Source of the DNA: Lama glama
Taxonomy: Eukaryota
Length of the DNA: 64,000 bases
Assembly (NCBI GenBank): GCA_028534125.1
Contig: CM052816.1
Location: 49,974,001-50,038,000, forward strand
Reading direction: 5' to 3'
Below, in pieces: positions 12,837 through 26,600 of the stretch. Numbering within the stretch: position 1 is the stretch's first letter; each line of letters starts with the position of its first letter. The position numbers and the translations under genes are program-made. Below the pieces are notes generated by a model that saw only the letters and a list, made by a program, of their open reading frames with translations, made no database searches and was not told the DNA's origin.

Positions 12837-15500
12837 CCATAAGGTTGTGTTTGGGGTGGTGGCAGAGCATGTGTAGGCATCTGGCCACCCTGCCAAGAAT
12901 TACTTTGAACCCACCTACTCAAAGAAGCAGTATCTGTCCAGTCTCTCCAGGTCATGCTTACGTCTCAATACCCACCTCTTCCCGGAGCCCCAATCAAGTT
13001 AACTCATCCTCCAATTTGTCCAGATAATTTTATCCTAGCACTTTTCCTCTCCAGATTGTACATTTTACTTGCCACCTGACTGCTGGTGAACAACTACTGC
13101 TGGTTTTCTTGGCGAGGGATCAGATTTTTGTGTCCAGCTTCTAAGCAGACACGGGACTTTGCTGGGTTGGGACTTCCCTGAAGGTCACACAACTTCTGTT
13201 CAAAGTCACGCTTCCCAGTGTGTGACCTTTTCCTGGGAGCACCTCAGAGATACTGAATAAGAAATTTAAAGGCTTTTGAATACATTTAGGGCCCTCCTTG
13301 TGTCTCTGCCAAGGAGGAGAAAAGGAATTTAAACTATTTACCATCATCCTTTATTATCTACGTGGTTAACATTTGCCTAACAACTTCAGAGACACTCAGT
13401 AGCTGACCAAGCTCATCTTTTTGCTTATTGGAGTTCTGAGATGGTACTAGGACACTGTTCTGTGCCAGGACTAGACCTAGTTCTCAGAGACATGGTTTAT
13501 GATTTCTTCATTCAGTTAAAGTAAGGGGCTCTTTGTATTGGCCACTACCCTAGGCATTCCCTAAATGTTCTCTTGTAAGGGATTTCCAGCACACACAATG
13601 TGGTAACATATTTCTAAATTTTAACCTTTTTTCCCTACATCACACCTTCTCTGAACAAAGTGAATTCCTCCATGTACCCCACTGCCCATGCCTCACACCC
13701 CACAGGGGAACTCTTCCATCTCCCAGGCCACACAGGGGCAGGTAGATGTGAAATCACCTACTGCAGAAAGATCAACAAAGCCTGAGTACAATGCAAGAGG
13801 CAGAGGTTCGGAGGCTTACGGCAGAGGAAGTTTTCCTCTGGCAGAGTCTATAGAAGCAACCAGTTAGGAGGAAGGAATAAAAAGATGGGGAGGTACCACA
13901 TAGAAAGGAGAAGACACCGGAGAAACCCTGAGCCCCTGGGAGCTCACATTTCTGGAAACTCACTCTGTGTGCAGTTGTTCTCTTTTGAGACCCACTCCCT
14001 GAGCGGTCAGCCAGTTGTCCACATTTCTTTTGGCTTCTTGGCTTGTACTGACTTTGATCTAGACCACACAGAGCCAGCCCACAGTGCAGACCAGCCTCTC
14101 CACCCTCTTCTCAACCTGCTAGCTGTTGACGAGCCACAGGTAGAAAGCTCAGGACACTTGGAAGCTTTCAGAAGAGAGGATAAGGGGCTGTTAGATGCTT
14201 AGAAAACCTGTGAGTTAAAAGATGAAAAGAAAGCGCTGCTCTCTGACCAACAGTACCAGGCTAGAAGTACAGCACCTTTGTAAGACTGCAGAAAAGTGGC
14301 CCTTCTGAGTGAACAAATATTAAAAGGCACCACAGCTGGACGGAGAGATTACAGAAAGATGCCTCCTCTAGGGAGACGAATTATAAAACGGCATAGAAGT
14401 GCGAGCCAGCGCAGCATGGGCTCTACTTCAAGCACAGCCTGTACAAGCACACCCTGCACACGGGCCACGGCGGCGCTTGCGAAAACCGGTGGGGCTGCGC
14501 CCGTCCACCTGGCAGCACGGACTGCGGGCTATGCGGCTTTTAACTCTGAAGACTTGGGTCAGGCATTACCTGACCTTACCAAACAGGGCCAAAACTCTGT
14601 TCCCCAAAATATTGAGTGCTAAAACTATTATATGGAGATGACCTGTCTGTGTGTCTGTTTTTGTCTCTAAGCTGTCAACTCATCAAAGACAGAAACCACA
14701 AAGAACAGATCTTGGGACCTCTAACACCTAGCGTTGTGCCCGCTACATAGTAGGATCTCAATAATGTTTACCTGTCTATCCCTTGCAAAGCCATGGCATA
14801 TTTACAATAGCATTTGCCCTTCTGTTAAGCACTTCCACATAGAGGAGGAAAGGCGAAGATGTGGAGACATCAGTAGCACACAGACACTCCACTCCACTCA
14901 ACAGATTCAGTGAGGAGCCTTTTTTAATTAGGCAAATATAAACGGCATTGTTTTGAATTACTAATTCACCCTGCCTCTCCTTTAACCTCAGTACATACTC
15001 AGGTAGATTCTTAAAAATAAACTCTTCCAACCTTAACTCATTTTGTGAAGCTATGTTTCAGTTTATTATTTGGAAATATTATGAAAGGTACTAACTAGCT
15101 AATGGTGATTCTTTTAATCTATTTACTATGTACATTCAGAGCCTCTGATAATTTTTTTTCTAAAGTATATAAAGTATCATCACCACAATGGGTGGGATTG
15201 TACTGCAATTGTGGGAACAACAACCTGCAGATTAAATTTTTAGATTTATAATGTAGAATACAGCAGTCATTAAATGAACAACTTGGAAAAGTCATTATTG
15301 TGTATTTTCCAAAAAAAGATATGTGTTAGGAATTCTTAATTATAGCATACTTTGAAACCTCATGATCTGCTAGAGTCTATAAAGCTAGGTATGTGTAGAA
15401 CTCAGGACTGTTCTGACATTTTCATAGTGTTTTCAGTTTTTGTAAGTAGTCATTTATGTCAAAAGGTAATAAAGCATAAAAGCAGGGCTGTGGTGGCAGT

Positions 15501-16000
15501 NNNNNNNNNNNNNNNNNNNNNNNNNNNNNNNNNNNNNNNNNNNNNNNNNNNNNNNNNNNNNNNNNNNNNNNNNNNNNNNNNNNNNNNNNNNNNNNNNNNN
15601 NNNNNNNNNNNNNNNNNNNNNNNNNNNNNNNNNNNNNNNNNNNNNNNNNNNNNNNNNNNNNNNNNNNNNNNNNNNNNNNNNNNNNNNNNNNNNNNNNNNN
15701 NNNNNNNNNNNNNNNNNNNNNNNNNNNNNNNNNNNNNNNNNNNNNNNNNNNNNNNNNNNNNNNNNNNNNNNNNNNNNNNNNNNNNNNNNNNNNNNNNNNN
15801 NNNNNNNNNNNNNNNNNNNNNNNNNNNNNNNNNNNNNNNNNNNNNNNNNNNNNNNNNNNNNNNNNNNNNNNNNNNNNNNNNNNNNNNNNNNNNNNNNNNN
15901 NNNNNNNNNNNNNNNNNNNNNNNNNNNNNNNNNNNNNNNNNNNNNNNNNNNNNNNNNNNNNNNNNNNNNNNNNNNNNNNNNNNNNNNNNNNNNNNNNNNN
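15501..16000. other. Assembly gap (500 N)
   Basis: Run of exactly 500 n characters. Confidence 1.
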
Positions 16001-16471
16001 TACTCACTGATGCCGTGATCTTGTATTTGAAAAACGGCTCCAAGCTCGTTCCTTTTGTTGGCACAATGCAGGTCCTTGCCATTGTAGGACTGAGGTTCCT
16101 GCTGACTCTCAGCCAGGGGCCAGTTTCATCTCCCAGGGACCTTCCTCATTCCTTGCCATGGGACCTCCTCCAATTTTCGAGCCAGTGATAGCACATCAAA
16201 TCTTTCTCAGGCTTTGAATCTCTTGACTTCCTCCTGCTGGGAAAAAAAAAAAACAAAAAACTCTGCTTTTTTAAAGGACTCTAGTGATTAGCTTAGGTCG
16301 ACTAAGACAATCTCAAAGTCAACTGATTTGGTACTTAAAATTACATCTGCAAAATCCATTCATAGCCAGACTGAAATTACTGCTTACTTGAATAACTGGG
16401 AAAAGATAACACATACAGCAACAGCCGAGAATGTGGGGAGGCAGGGGCATCCTGGAATTCCGTCTAGCACA
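16001..16471 (-). mobile_element. MaLR LTR (MLT1D/E-like), truncated by the gap
   Basis: aaagtcaactgatt...ttacatctgcaaaatcc...ggggcatcctggaattccgtctagcaca resembles the antisense MLT1 terminus. Confidence 0.7.
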
Positions 16472-16640
16472 ACACCCATTTAACAAACTGGTTAAACTGT
16501 TACAGCATTCGTAACTATGTGTTTAAGAAATGTATCAGTACAAGAACAGATAAAATGAATGCCAAGCTGTATGGCAGGTGTGCAAAGGTAGAGAACTCAT
16601 CACTGCTCCTGAGTTTATTGCCAGAGCATAGCATAAGCAA

Positions 16641-16824
16641 GTGTGGCTAGAACCTAGTGCAAAGTGGAAGGTGACAAGTGAAACTGCACAGACAGGTAGA
16701 GACCAGAACTCTTATGCCATGGTGAAGAGATTGTGTGGCTAGAACCTAGTGCAAAGTGGAAGGTGACAAGTGAAACTGCACAGACAGGTAGAGACCAGAA
16801 CTCTTATGCCATGGTGAAGAGATT
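16641..16824 (+). repeat. Perfect 2 x 92-bp tandem duplication
   Basis: 16641-16732 is identical to 16733-16824 (gtgtggctagaacctagtgc...gccatggtgaagagatt). Confidence 0.95.
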
Positions 16825-16894
16825 CAGCTTTTTCTGTGGGCTCTGGACAGAAGGGAAAACACAGTTAAATTTCCTTGTGCAGAGATTACTCGGA

Positions 16895-17140
16895 TAACAG
16901 TGCGGAGGATGGACTCTGCAGCCTGCCTGCCTGAGTTTACATCTTGCCTCCACTCATTACCAGCTCTGTGACCAACTTATTTAACGACTATGTGCCTCAA
17001 TGATCTCATCTATAAAAAGCAGATATTCTGAATACCTGCTTTGGAGGCTTATCTTGGGAATTAAATCAGTTAAGCACTTAGAACAGAGGTTGACATGTAA
17101 TCACCCCTGTTTAAAAGTTTGTTATAATCAACATCATTAA
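16895..17140 (+). mobile_element. MIR SINE
   Basis: ctgcctgagtttacatcttgcctccactcattaccagctctgtgacc...tgtgcctcaatgatctcatctataaaa...aagcacttagaacag. Confidence 0.75.
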
Positions 17141-17160
17141 AAAGGTGAGAATGGAGAGCA

Positions 17161-17600
17161 TTTATTTTTTATTGAAGTATAGCTGATTTACAATGTTGTA
17201 TTAGTTTCTAGTGCACAGAATAGTGATTCAGTTATACATATGTATTTTCCTTTTCATATTTTTTATTATAGGTTATTACAAGATATTAAATGTAATTTCT
17301 CTGCACTATACAGTAGGACCTTGTTGTTTATCTATGTTATGTATAGTAGTTTGTATCTGCTAATCCCAAAATCCTAGTTTATCTCTTCCCCACCCTTCCC
17401 TCTTTGGTAAGTTTGTTTTCTATGTCTGTGAGTCTACTTCTGTTTTGTAAATAAGTTCATTTGTATCATATTTTTAGATTCCTTATATAAGTGATATCAT
17501 ATGTTTGTCCTTCTCTGTCTGACTTATTTCACTTAGTATGATAATCTCTAGGTCCATCCATGTTGCTGCAAATGGCATTTTTTTTTTTTATGGCTGAGTA
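17161..17600 (-). mobile_element. 5'-truncated L1 (cetartiodactyl-type 3' UTR) with 16-bp TSD
   Basis: T-rich tail followed by attgaagtatagctgatttacaatgttg... TSD GTGAGAATGGAGAGCA (17145-17160) / GTGAGAATAGAGAGCA (17601-17616). Confidence 0.92.
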
Positions 17601-17619
17601 GTGAGAATAGAGAGCACTT

Positions 17620-18350
17620 AGAAGCCTATTGAAAAAAATAAGAACACAACAACTCACATCAGCAAAGACTCAGGCTTTTAGATCAAAATAAGAAATTCGA
17701 GGAAGCAAATCTGACTGGACTTTGATAGGGGTAAAGATTCAAGAGCAGCTAAGAACGCTCCCTAGGCTTTCAGAGTCAGTGAAAGGCAGATGGTAATTCC
17801 TGAGCCAAGGCAGGAAATAAAGAGTGTGTTTGTGATGGGGCTGCCTTAGGTGGAGATGTTACTTTGGACATACGGTCAGACATATGTCTGAAAATAAGAG
17901 TCTCAACTCTGGAGATTCAGATCTAAGAGTGACTGACACATGGATGGTAGATAAACGAGATCATCCAAGAAGAGTATGTAAAACGGAAAGAGCAACAGAC
18001 CAAGGACTGAAAACTGGAAACATAAAAGGATAGCAGAAAAGGAAAAAACTGCAAAACAAAGTAGCAGTGAGCGGTTAGAGATTTGGGAGAACAATGAGAG
18101 AATATTATCATGAAAGCAAAGGGAATAAATAATTTGAAAAACCTGCCATGTGGGCAACAGTACCAAGGTAGCATATAAGGACCGAACAGCATCCACCGGT
18201 TCTAAGGCTGACACTGGACGCCGTTAGTACCCCGAGAAGAACAGGAAAGTGGATGAGGCAGAAGCCAGCCTTACAGGTGGTCGAGCAGGAAAAGTGAAGG
18301 AGAAAAGCTACTCTCAGAAGATTTTCTAATGTGGAAGGAAAGAAGCAATT
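17620..18350 (-). mobile_element. L2 LINE remnant (continuing the L2 piece at about 16540-16890)
   Basis: Purine-rich decayed L2-like motifs (ctttggacat..., ggagattcagatctaagagt, gagatcatccaagaagagtatgta, gaagccag). Confidence 0.55.
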
Positions 18351-18929
18351 GTCAGAAAATTCTCAAGTAAAATTTCTAAAGAGTGACAGAGTTTAGACCC
18401 AAAAAAAAAAGGCCAGCTGTAATATGTGAGAGAAGTTCAAAAGGTTGAGTACTTAATTAGTCTGCCCAGAATGGCTTGTTAAGTAAATCATCCAGGGTGG
18501 AGTAGTTAAAATTCTCCCTGATTACAGTTCACAGCAGTTCTCTTTTAATTTAGTTATGAGGTAGCATTAACTCCACGTACATAAACCACCTATGACGCAA
18601 ATCTTCCAGGAGGAAAACGGGCTCAATAAAGGATGACTTTAGTCAGAGATCAAAGGTTTCCTTTTCCCCATACTTTTGACAATGAGGCACTTACTTCCAG
18701 ATGCAATTTGGAGCCCTAAGGGGGTTTTGTTTTTGTATAATTACCCATATTTAGCTAGAAAGATGTCAAAACTGGAATCTCCAAATATGGTTCAAGAATT
18801 TCTGGGTCCTCTTTAACTTGGAGATCATTCCAGCCCAGACCAGATCAGCCCAGGCTTGGGGGCTGCACCCTGAGGTTTACAGCTGACATTCATCCCGCGT
18901 CTGTGGACACAGCTTGGGTTATGCTCTCT

Positions 18930-19070
18930 TGCTGCTCATTTAACCCTCACATCGCCTGGCAGTCAGGAGCCACTTTAATCTTCACTTTATAGCAGAAGAA
19001 ATTTCAGTTTACAAAGGTTAGATAACCTGCCTGAGGACACTGCAGGGGTTAGCAGTGAGGAGTGCCCAGA
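18930..19070 (-). mobile_element. MIR SINE fragment
   Basis: ctcatttaaccctcac...ctttatagcagaagaaa...aaaggttagataacctgcctgaggacac. Confidence 0.6.
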
Positions 19071-19349
19071 TGTGAATATAAACAGCCACAATCAGTACAT
19101 GGCGGTGGGTTCATCCTCTGGCTTTTCTTCTCCTTGTACACCATTCATTTATTCAGTGGAGGCAAAGTTAAGAAAACAAGCAGCCAAGGATTCAAATTCT
19201 TAGTGATTCGGGAGCCTGACTATTGTGGGACTAAGTCATGAATTACTTTCCTTCCTTCTTTCCTGAGTTTGCCTTCTACCCACTACAGAATCCGGGATCA
19301 CCTTTACCAGAGAGGAAGGAGAAAATAGAAAAAGTAAACGCCATACAAG

Positions 19350-20342
19350 AAAGTCAGCAAACAGGAAAAAACCCCTTCAGTCTCCCTGTGTTTCTCTTGT
19401 ATTCTCACACTGCTGACACGCCCACACAGAACACTTCACCTCCAGTCACCGGATGTGCAGAGGTTTCCCCCACACCAACATCCAGCACCCAGTGCAACTG
19501 TGGTTGTGGGTTGCGGAGGGTGGGGAGGCTTTCCCACAGGTCAACAAGCAATGCTCAGGACACCAGCAGAGTATCCTACTGCTCAACTCAATTTTGACAC
19601 TATCTGCCCAAGGAGAGCATCAGATTCCACAAGGTTGAGGGGTCAGCCCTACAAGACTGCTTCTCTCCTCCCACTTCCGACAGGTGGTTATCTGGGCTTC
19701 TAACCCGCTGACTACAGACTGGAGGTCCCTGTGACCCTCTCCTGTACTTCATACTCCAGTCCCAAGTCCAAGTTGTTATCTGTACTTCTGACTGACTAGA
19801 AATCAGTTTCCCACAACCCCCTCCTTGGGTTCAATTAATTTGCTAGAGCATCTCACAGAACTCAGAGAAACTTTCACTTACTAGCTTACTGGTTTATTTT
19901 AAAAGGATGTAACTCAGGAAGAGCCTGGCTGAAGAGATGCACAGGGCAAGGGACGGGAGAAGGGCAGGGAACTCCCGTGCCCTCTCAGAACGTGCCAGTC
20001 TTCCCAAACTCCATGTGTTCACCAACCTGAACGCTCCCCAAGTTCCCTCCTTTGGGAATTTTATGGAAGCTTTGTTGCAAAGACATCACCGACTAAATCA
20101 CTGGCCATTGGCAACTGATTCAGCCTCCAGCCCCTCTCCCCTCCCAGGAGGTCAGGGATGGGACTGAGATTTCCGACCCTCTGATCACAGGGTAGGCTCC
20201 ACTGACAACCAGAACCCATCCTTAGGTGTGGTCCAAAAAGTCACCTTCGCCTCTCTTGTCACTTGGGAAACTCCAAGAGTTTTAAGAGCTCTGTGCCAGA
20301 AACAGGACCAAGAGAAATATGTACTGCTTATTATAAATCACA
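19350..20342 (-). mobile_element. MER21-family solo LTR
   Basis: gacactatctgcc...cagattccacaaggttgaggggtcagccctacaagactgc...ccttgggttcaattaatttgctagagcatctcacagaactcag...ggccattgg...cagcccctctcccctccc...ataaatcaca matches the recalled MER21 consensus; left boundary approximate. Confidence 0.82.
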
Positions 20343-23239
20343 GTCCAAATGAAATCTCCCACCTCTTCCCTGTTTCCTGGCTTAGGTGAGAGGGCAAATG
20401 GTGAGTCCACAAGCCAGGGTATCTCTTCTGAAAAGATCTCCTTGCCTTAATGGACTTTGGGTTGCTAAGCATCTCCCCTCCCTCACCCCGATTTGTATCC
20501 TTTCCATCACTGCTTCTCAAACTCTGACCCAGTCATCTTACCCATTCCGTATTCCAAATAAATAATATATTGAAAGTCCATGTTCCCCACATTCTTCCAG
20601 GCTTCAGGAATATTTCATTTTTTCTTAAATTTTGCACCAATGATCTTTTAGCTAATAGAGTTTAATCCCTTTCCTGCTTATCCTCCTTAGAGGAGCAGCT
20701 TCTACTCCTTACCTGAAGCTTTACAGATCTTTTTAGGTTTGTTTTTTTTTCTCATTCTCAAATTTTTAAGTGAAAAATCCCTGCCTATTCAACAAAATGA
20801 CAGCACATCATATGTCATTCTACTGATCAAAGTTTTCACATAACTCCTAATTTAGAAGTCTTGCCCCAGAAAGAGGGTAGTATATCTTTTTTTGTTTTTA
20901 CAACAACCAGAATAAGTCAGTTTAAATGGCCCTTCTAGAGATGCTTTACGAACAACAACAAAACAACTCCAATGATGGGGACTCCAAATACTGCGGCTGC
21001 CATGTGGGAGCTATTTTTGAACAGACCTGTCCCTTGCTGTCCCTCAAATTATACCGTTAATTGCCTCCCACTCTGTTTATAAGTAGGATCATCCCAGCTC
21101 AAAGGAATTCAATACCATTCCTTATTAATAGATCTGGAGAAAGATTTATGAGGAGGAATATATAAATTAGGGTAGGAAACATTTTTCTCTCAAGTGTCAG
21201 TGTCATTCAAAGACTCGATTAAAGACACCCTGGATATGAAACCTAATTTTGGTTAAGAAGTTTTTACTCTTTTCTATTTTTATTAAAATAAACTTTCAAA
21301 ATAAGCTTTTTTTTAAAATGCTTGTCAAACATTTGTCAATAACTTACTACATGCTACGTGTTAAAGATAAAGCAGTGAACAAAATGGACTTAGTTTCTGC
21401 CCGAGGGTAACAAACTCCACCAAGGAAGACAGACAGCAAACAAGTGATAACTATGATGTAAAGGGGTTCAGGAAGCTAAGGGAGTAAACAACAGAAAAGC
21501 TAAAGCTGTGATTCTTAAGAAGAAAAATTTATATCTCATTCACTTCCAAATCTATTACATTTTCCATCGTTTATCATTCCTCATATGAAAAATACCCTAA
21601 GAAACCAATGGGAGCAAAAGAGAGCTTAATTCTGGCCCCTTTCTGTTTCTTTTTCACATGTAACTGCACTCAATTTCTAAAAATGGTTAGACTGTGGTTG
21701 GCAGTAATCTTATAATGATAACAGTTTAATCCAGCTTAAAATAGAATTTTACAGAGATTGAAATTCTAATGCAGCATAAGCGGAAGTCTTTCAAGATTTT
21801 GGCGGATCAAGTGGGTAACTTTTACCGAAATCTATTCCTCAAGTCCAAATGAAAAACAGAAGTGATTACAGCCCCTTTTATCAATGTGCTGGTAAACACT
21901 TTAAAGGAAGAGAGAATAGTAAGATATCTCTGCGAAAAACCAAAAAAAATTTATCTAGCAAGGCAATTAAGATTCTAAAATTACTGCCCAACTGTAATTT
22001 GTCCAAGCATCAAAGATTCATAGCTATAAACCTTTCCTCAACAGGACATGTGTTCTGTTGGGCAGGAGAATGCAAAGATCTTTATGGAGAATCATTTTAC
22101 CAATACATAAAGTACAAGTCCTTCTACGCATGTGGCCTCAATACTACAGAATTACCATAATGCACTCTTTTCCATTTCCTATTACAAATTTTTTAAAAAT
22201 CAATGATTATTTCCATTGTCTGCATGACAACTAAATAATTTAATAACCTCAACAATTGCTGATGAGTATTTTGATGTAAGAACACAAACTAAAAGATTTA
22301 TTAAAGTATTAAGAATAGATTAGCGTTATTTTATTTTATTGGCCAATTACTTGTGGTAGCTCATTCCACATTTTAGAGTAAAATCTGCTTCATCTTGGAA
22401 CGAAAAAAAACAAAGCCTTAGCCAAAATCATCACCCGAACAAAACAAACATGGATTGCATCAAATTACTCCCTCCCTAGAGTAATGGGGCAAGTAAAGGA
22501 AAGGATGGAAATTACAGTCATGAGTCTATTATTTTTCCTAGTCTTTGATAATATCAGCATACAGAAAGATCACAGGCATTAAAATTGAGTATTTTATTAT
22601 TTAAGAGTCTTCTCTTTTTCTCTAAACCCTAAGGGAAAAGAGATCTTTTGACAGCCAGAACTTTGAAGAATCAGTGAGACAAAATATGCTTCAGGTTTAA
22701 TTATCAACAAAAAAAAGGTGCTAGAAAAGAGTCATTCTCATAGTTAGCTTTTAAAAGGAGAATCACAAACGATATATATATTTTACACTGAAGTGAAAAT
22801 AATGCTATGAACCTTAATTTCACTTCAAATTATGTAGTTGATTAAAACAATTTCATGATTTTTAATAGCAGGATTACAAAACAGAAAATATTACCATCAA
22901 TAAAGATTGAAAGAAAATTAGTTAATTACTATCAGCAGTGGTGAAGCAGCCTGCATGACAATCTAAGCGGCAGAAATGAAGCTTTAATCTTATTAAAGAG
23001 CCAGGCATGCACTCCTGATGCACTGAATTATTTTACCTGAAAACTTTTATTTATCCCCTTCTATGCAGAACTAGATAATACTGGGACACATTTTGAAATA
23101 AATAACATGCATTAAAAGCGCCCTAATTTGTGTTTTTAAGTGGCTTCTAGGACTATACATTTTCATTCAGTATGGGATCTCACAAAAGTTCAGTATCAGC
23201 TTCTTAAATTATCTAGAGGCATTAAAAATGGAAACTCAG

Positions 23240-23600
23240 CCAGTGGTTGCCAGGGGAGAAGTGGAAGGAGGGATGAGTAAGTGGAACACAGAGGATTTTT
23301 AGGGCAGTGAAAATATTCTATATGATACTAAAACGGCAGACACACGTCATTATATATTTGTCCAAACCCACAGAATGTACACCAGCAAGAGTGAACCCTA
23401 CTGTAAGCTACGGACTTTGGGTGATAACAAGATGTCAAAGTAGGTTCCTCAATTGTAACAAATGTATGACTCTGGTGGGGACTTTGGATATTGGGGGGAG
23501 GCTATGCATGTGTAGAGACAGAGGGTATTTGGGAAATCTCTATACCTTCCTCTCAATTTTGCTGTGAACTTAAACTGCTCTAAAAAAATTGTCTTTAAAG
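23240..23600 (+). mobile_element. L1MC-like 3' end
   Basis: cagtggttgccagggg...gaggatttttagggcagtgaaa...tgtccaaacccacagaatgtaca...ggactttgggtgata...ttttgctgtgaacttaaactgctctaaaaa. Confidence 0.85.
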
Positions 23601-26600
23601 AAAACTGAATCTCAATAAGGCAATGCACACTGTTTGTTGGCTTGTTTTTGTTTTTAACAAATATTCCAGTTGAGGGGGGAGGCTTCTGACCTCTGCACAC
23701 AATTCTCATTGTAGGACTCAATAAGTCTGACTCAAGTAACACAAAGCTTTTATCCACAAGAAAATCTACAAAGTGATCAAACCATAATACAAAATTATAT
23801 AGTTTTTGGTCTACAAATATTTGTCTATTACTTTATGGGTCTAGACATACAGAAACGGAGCGTAATGACTGTCTACAAAAGTGGAGTACAAAATTCCACC
23901 CCAGGGACCTAGTTGCTTAAGCAACTTTCATTTATAGTAACTTAGTAATCAAAAAAATGTATTTTAGGACTTGCCAGAGTCTAATGAACAACTATATTCA
24001 CTCAACTTGATCCAAAGGTAGTTTCAACAGCCTCCAAACAATGTAGTTAATTCAAAGAGTAAAGATTATCACTCTTGGGCTAAGTATAGCACAGCAATGT
24101 AGATTTTAACGTGTAGGTCACGAAACTAAATACACATCTCAGTTTTTTTCAGCAAGCCTAATCCAGGAAAAAAAAAAAAAGCTTTTGATGAAGCAAGGGC
24201 TACGTTCAGAGCTATGACAGAAGAAAATGGTACTGTAAGCATGCAGAAACGGACCCCTCCAAAGGATGGCTGAGTCAGGGAGGAACCAGGATGCTACTAC
24301 AGAAGAGTAGGGATCAAATAAGAAAGGGATTTGCAAAATGGAAAAGAGGTGACAGGAGTGAGAAACACTTTCGACTTCCCTCCAGAGTCAACAGACTCCT
24401 CACAGGGTAATTTTCAACCAGTAAGAAAAATAAAGCATTTGTGTTGCAAGACATTAAGATACTGAGGAAAGAAACTAAGAGAGAAGAGCTAAAGACCATA
24501 AAAATGAGTCAAGTTGGGTTTTAAGTCAAAACATATTGGCTATTTTTTTTTTTTTACAGAAGATAAACCTGAAAAGTTCAACTAGAAATCACTTTTCCAT
24601 TTCTCCCTGCTAGCATGCTTTCTCTATGGTTTCGATGTGATTCTATTCAGCAAACTGTTCTCTACCCCTGAAAGTGCAAGGCACTGTGCTTGGGGTGGGG
24701 TGGGAAGCAACACTGGAAGATTTAAGAATCAATTAGACGTGAATAAGCAATGTGCTCATATATAATGAGAGAGAGAGATATATACCTAACTAATGAGTTG
24801 AACTGTGCCAAGTTCCATGATGGAGATATAAGGTAATAAATGGAGAGGAAGGAATAATTAATTCTTAGCTGTGTTCTAGAAGTACATTAATTACACTGCA
24901 TCCCAAGTACTAGTCCAATTTGCAGAAATAGGTGGCCAAGACAATTCACAGACAGGTTACCAGAGTGACTTTGGGGACAACCCTTAATCTCAACAGACTC
25001 AGTTTACCCATCCAGAAAGTAAAGGATTGATTTAGATTGTTTTAGCTTACTTTTCATTCTAAAACCTTTCTATTTCTATTTAAGTGTTATTGGAAAGAGG
25101 TAAGGAGAGTTATGAATAGAGAACATTAATTAACAGGGAAAAAAATTCCTAGAGATCACCAGATTCTCAAGTTACTGACACGTTCCATGTACAAGCTGAG
25201 ACAGAGTCACCTCAACTTTGCAAATTTTCACAATTATTCATGTTCCCAAATTACCAGCCTTTAAGGTCAAAAGAGATCCAACACCAGGCATTTGTACCAG
25301 CAAACGAATATTCTCTAGCTGACATTTTGGGCAGGATTACTGAAGAACTGTGGTGCTTTCATCAACAAGGTTAGTAGCAATTAGACACAAAATTGAGAAA
25401 TACTTCCTCTTTTTCCTTTCTTTGTTTACTCCTAAGCGTCTTCCTTCCAATTTAATCTTTCATGCCTTAATTTAGCCATATGTTGAAACAACCAGATAGT
25501 GGTTAAGGAAGAAGTGCAGATTTCCTATTTACAGTAGAATCAGCTGGCTGAGCTAGTCTGTGAAAGGAAGTGTGAGATCAATGCATGTGAGGCTACTTCC
25601 ACATGCACTGTTCAAAGGCTCCTTCCAAAATCATTTACTTCCTTAGTACTTTAAATAAACAAGTGAGCTTTCTAATGACCTTAATGCAAAAAAGGGGGGG
25701 GGGGATACATATGTTACATGCATGTGTATATATATAGACAGATAGGTACATAAAACTATTTTAATGACTGCCTAGTGACTGTCTAAAACTTAGATGTAAA
25801 GAAAGAATTAATTCTGTATTTCTAGTGATATTAGGGGAAAAAATAGATTTTACCTATCAAGTTTAGCATAGACTGGTATATAAAATTTCAAAGACATCCA
25901 GATGTTTATTCCAAACCATTTACATCAAAATTTACTAAGAGGCATGCTGTTCTAAGTATTTAGGTTAATATCCTCTTCTAGTCTTATAGACTCTAAGCTT
26001 GGCACCTAACCAATCTTTCCCTTTTGAAATTCTCTTCATAGACTTCCAATACAATATATTCCTGTCTTTCCCTCCAGCTTTCTGACAAATCTGAACTACC
26101 TTCCTTTACTTCCCAATAATCAGAGCCTACTCTAGTCTCTCCTGAGTGGTCTTGCCCCATGCCAACCATGATGCATTAGCTAATTCACCCCTTTTACCCT
26201 AAGAAGAACTCTGTATAAATCACTCCAGCCCAATTAGACTTGACATCCTTTTCTCTGAAGGTTATAAGAAAAAAAAAGAGCAAGAAATATAACAGGGACT
26301 ACATTTACTGACAGTTATAATGGGCTTAAATTTAAAATAACTACAAATACAAGCGAAAAAAATCAATATTCAAGTGGCTGATACTGTAATTCTAAGACAA
26401 TAACCTTATTTTGTCACTAACCTCAACCTAGTTTCTTCAAAGAGTAAAATATTTTACCTTTGTTGATTATCATTTATACAATCACTCATCAGCCAAGCAT
26501 GGAAGAAAGATATGCATTATGCTTCCTTTAATTCCATAAGAGCAATAAGAATGATACAAATTATTAATCAACCTCTGATGATTTACTATTTATGCCACAG

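Noticed and set aside
13885..14641. Cluster of 80-108 aa ORFs
   Set aside because: No recognisable protein similarity, some with non-ATG starts, and no exon or processed-pseudogene hallmarks.
15352..16188. Longest ORFs (278 aa and 207 aa)
   Set aside because: They are open only because they run through 500 N.
16641..16824. Direct repeat considered as a CRISPR-like array
   Set aside because: Only two abutting 92-bp units with no spacers, in eukaryotic DNA.
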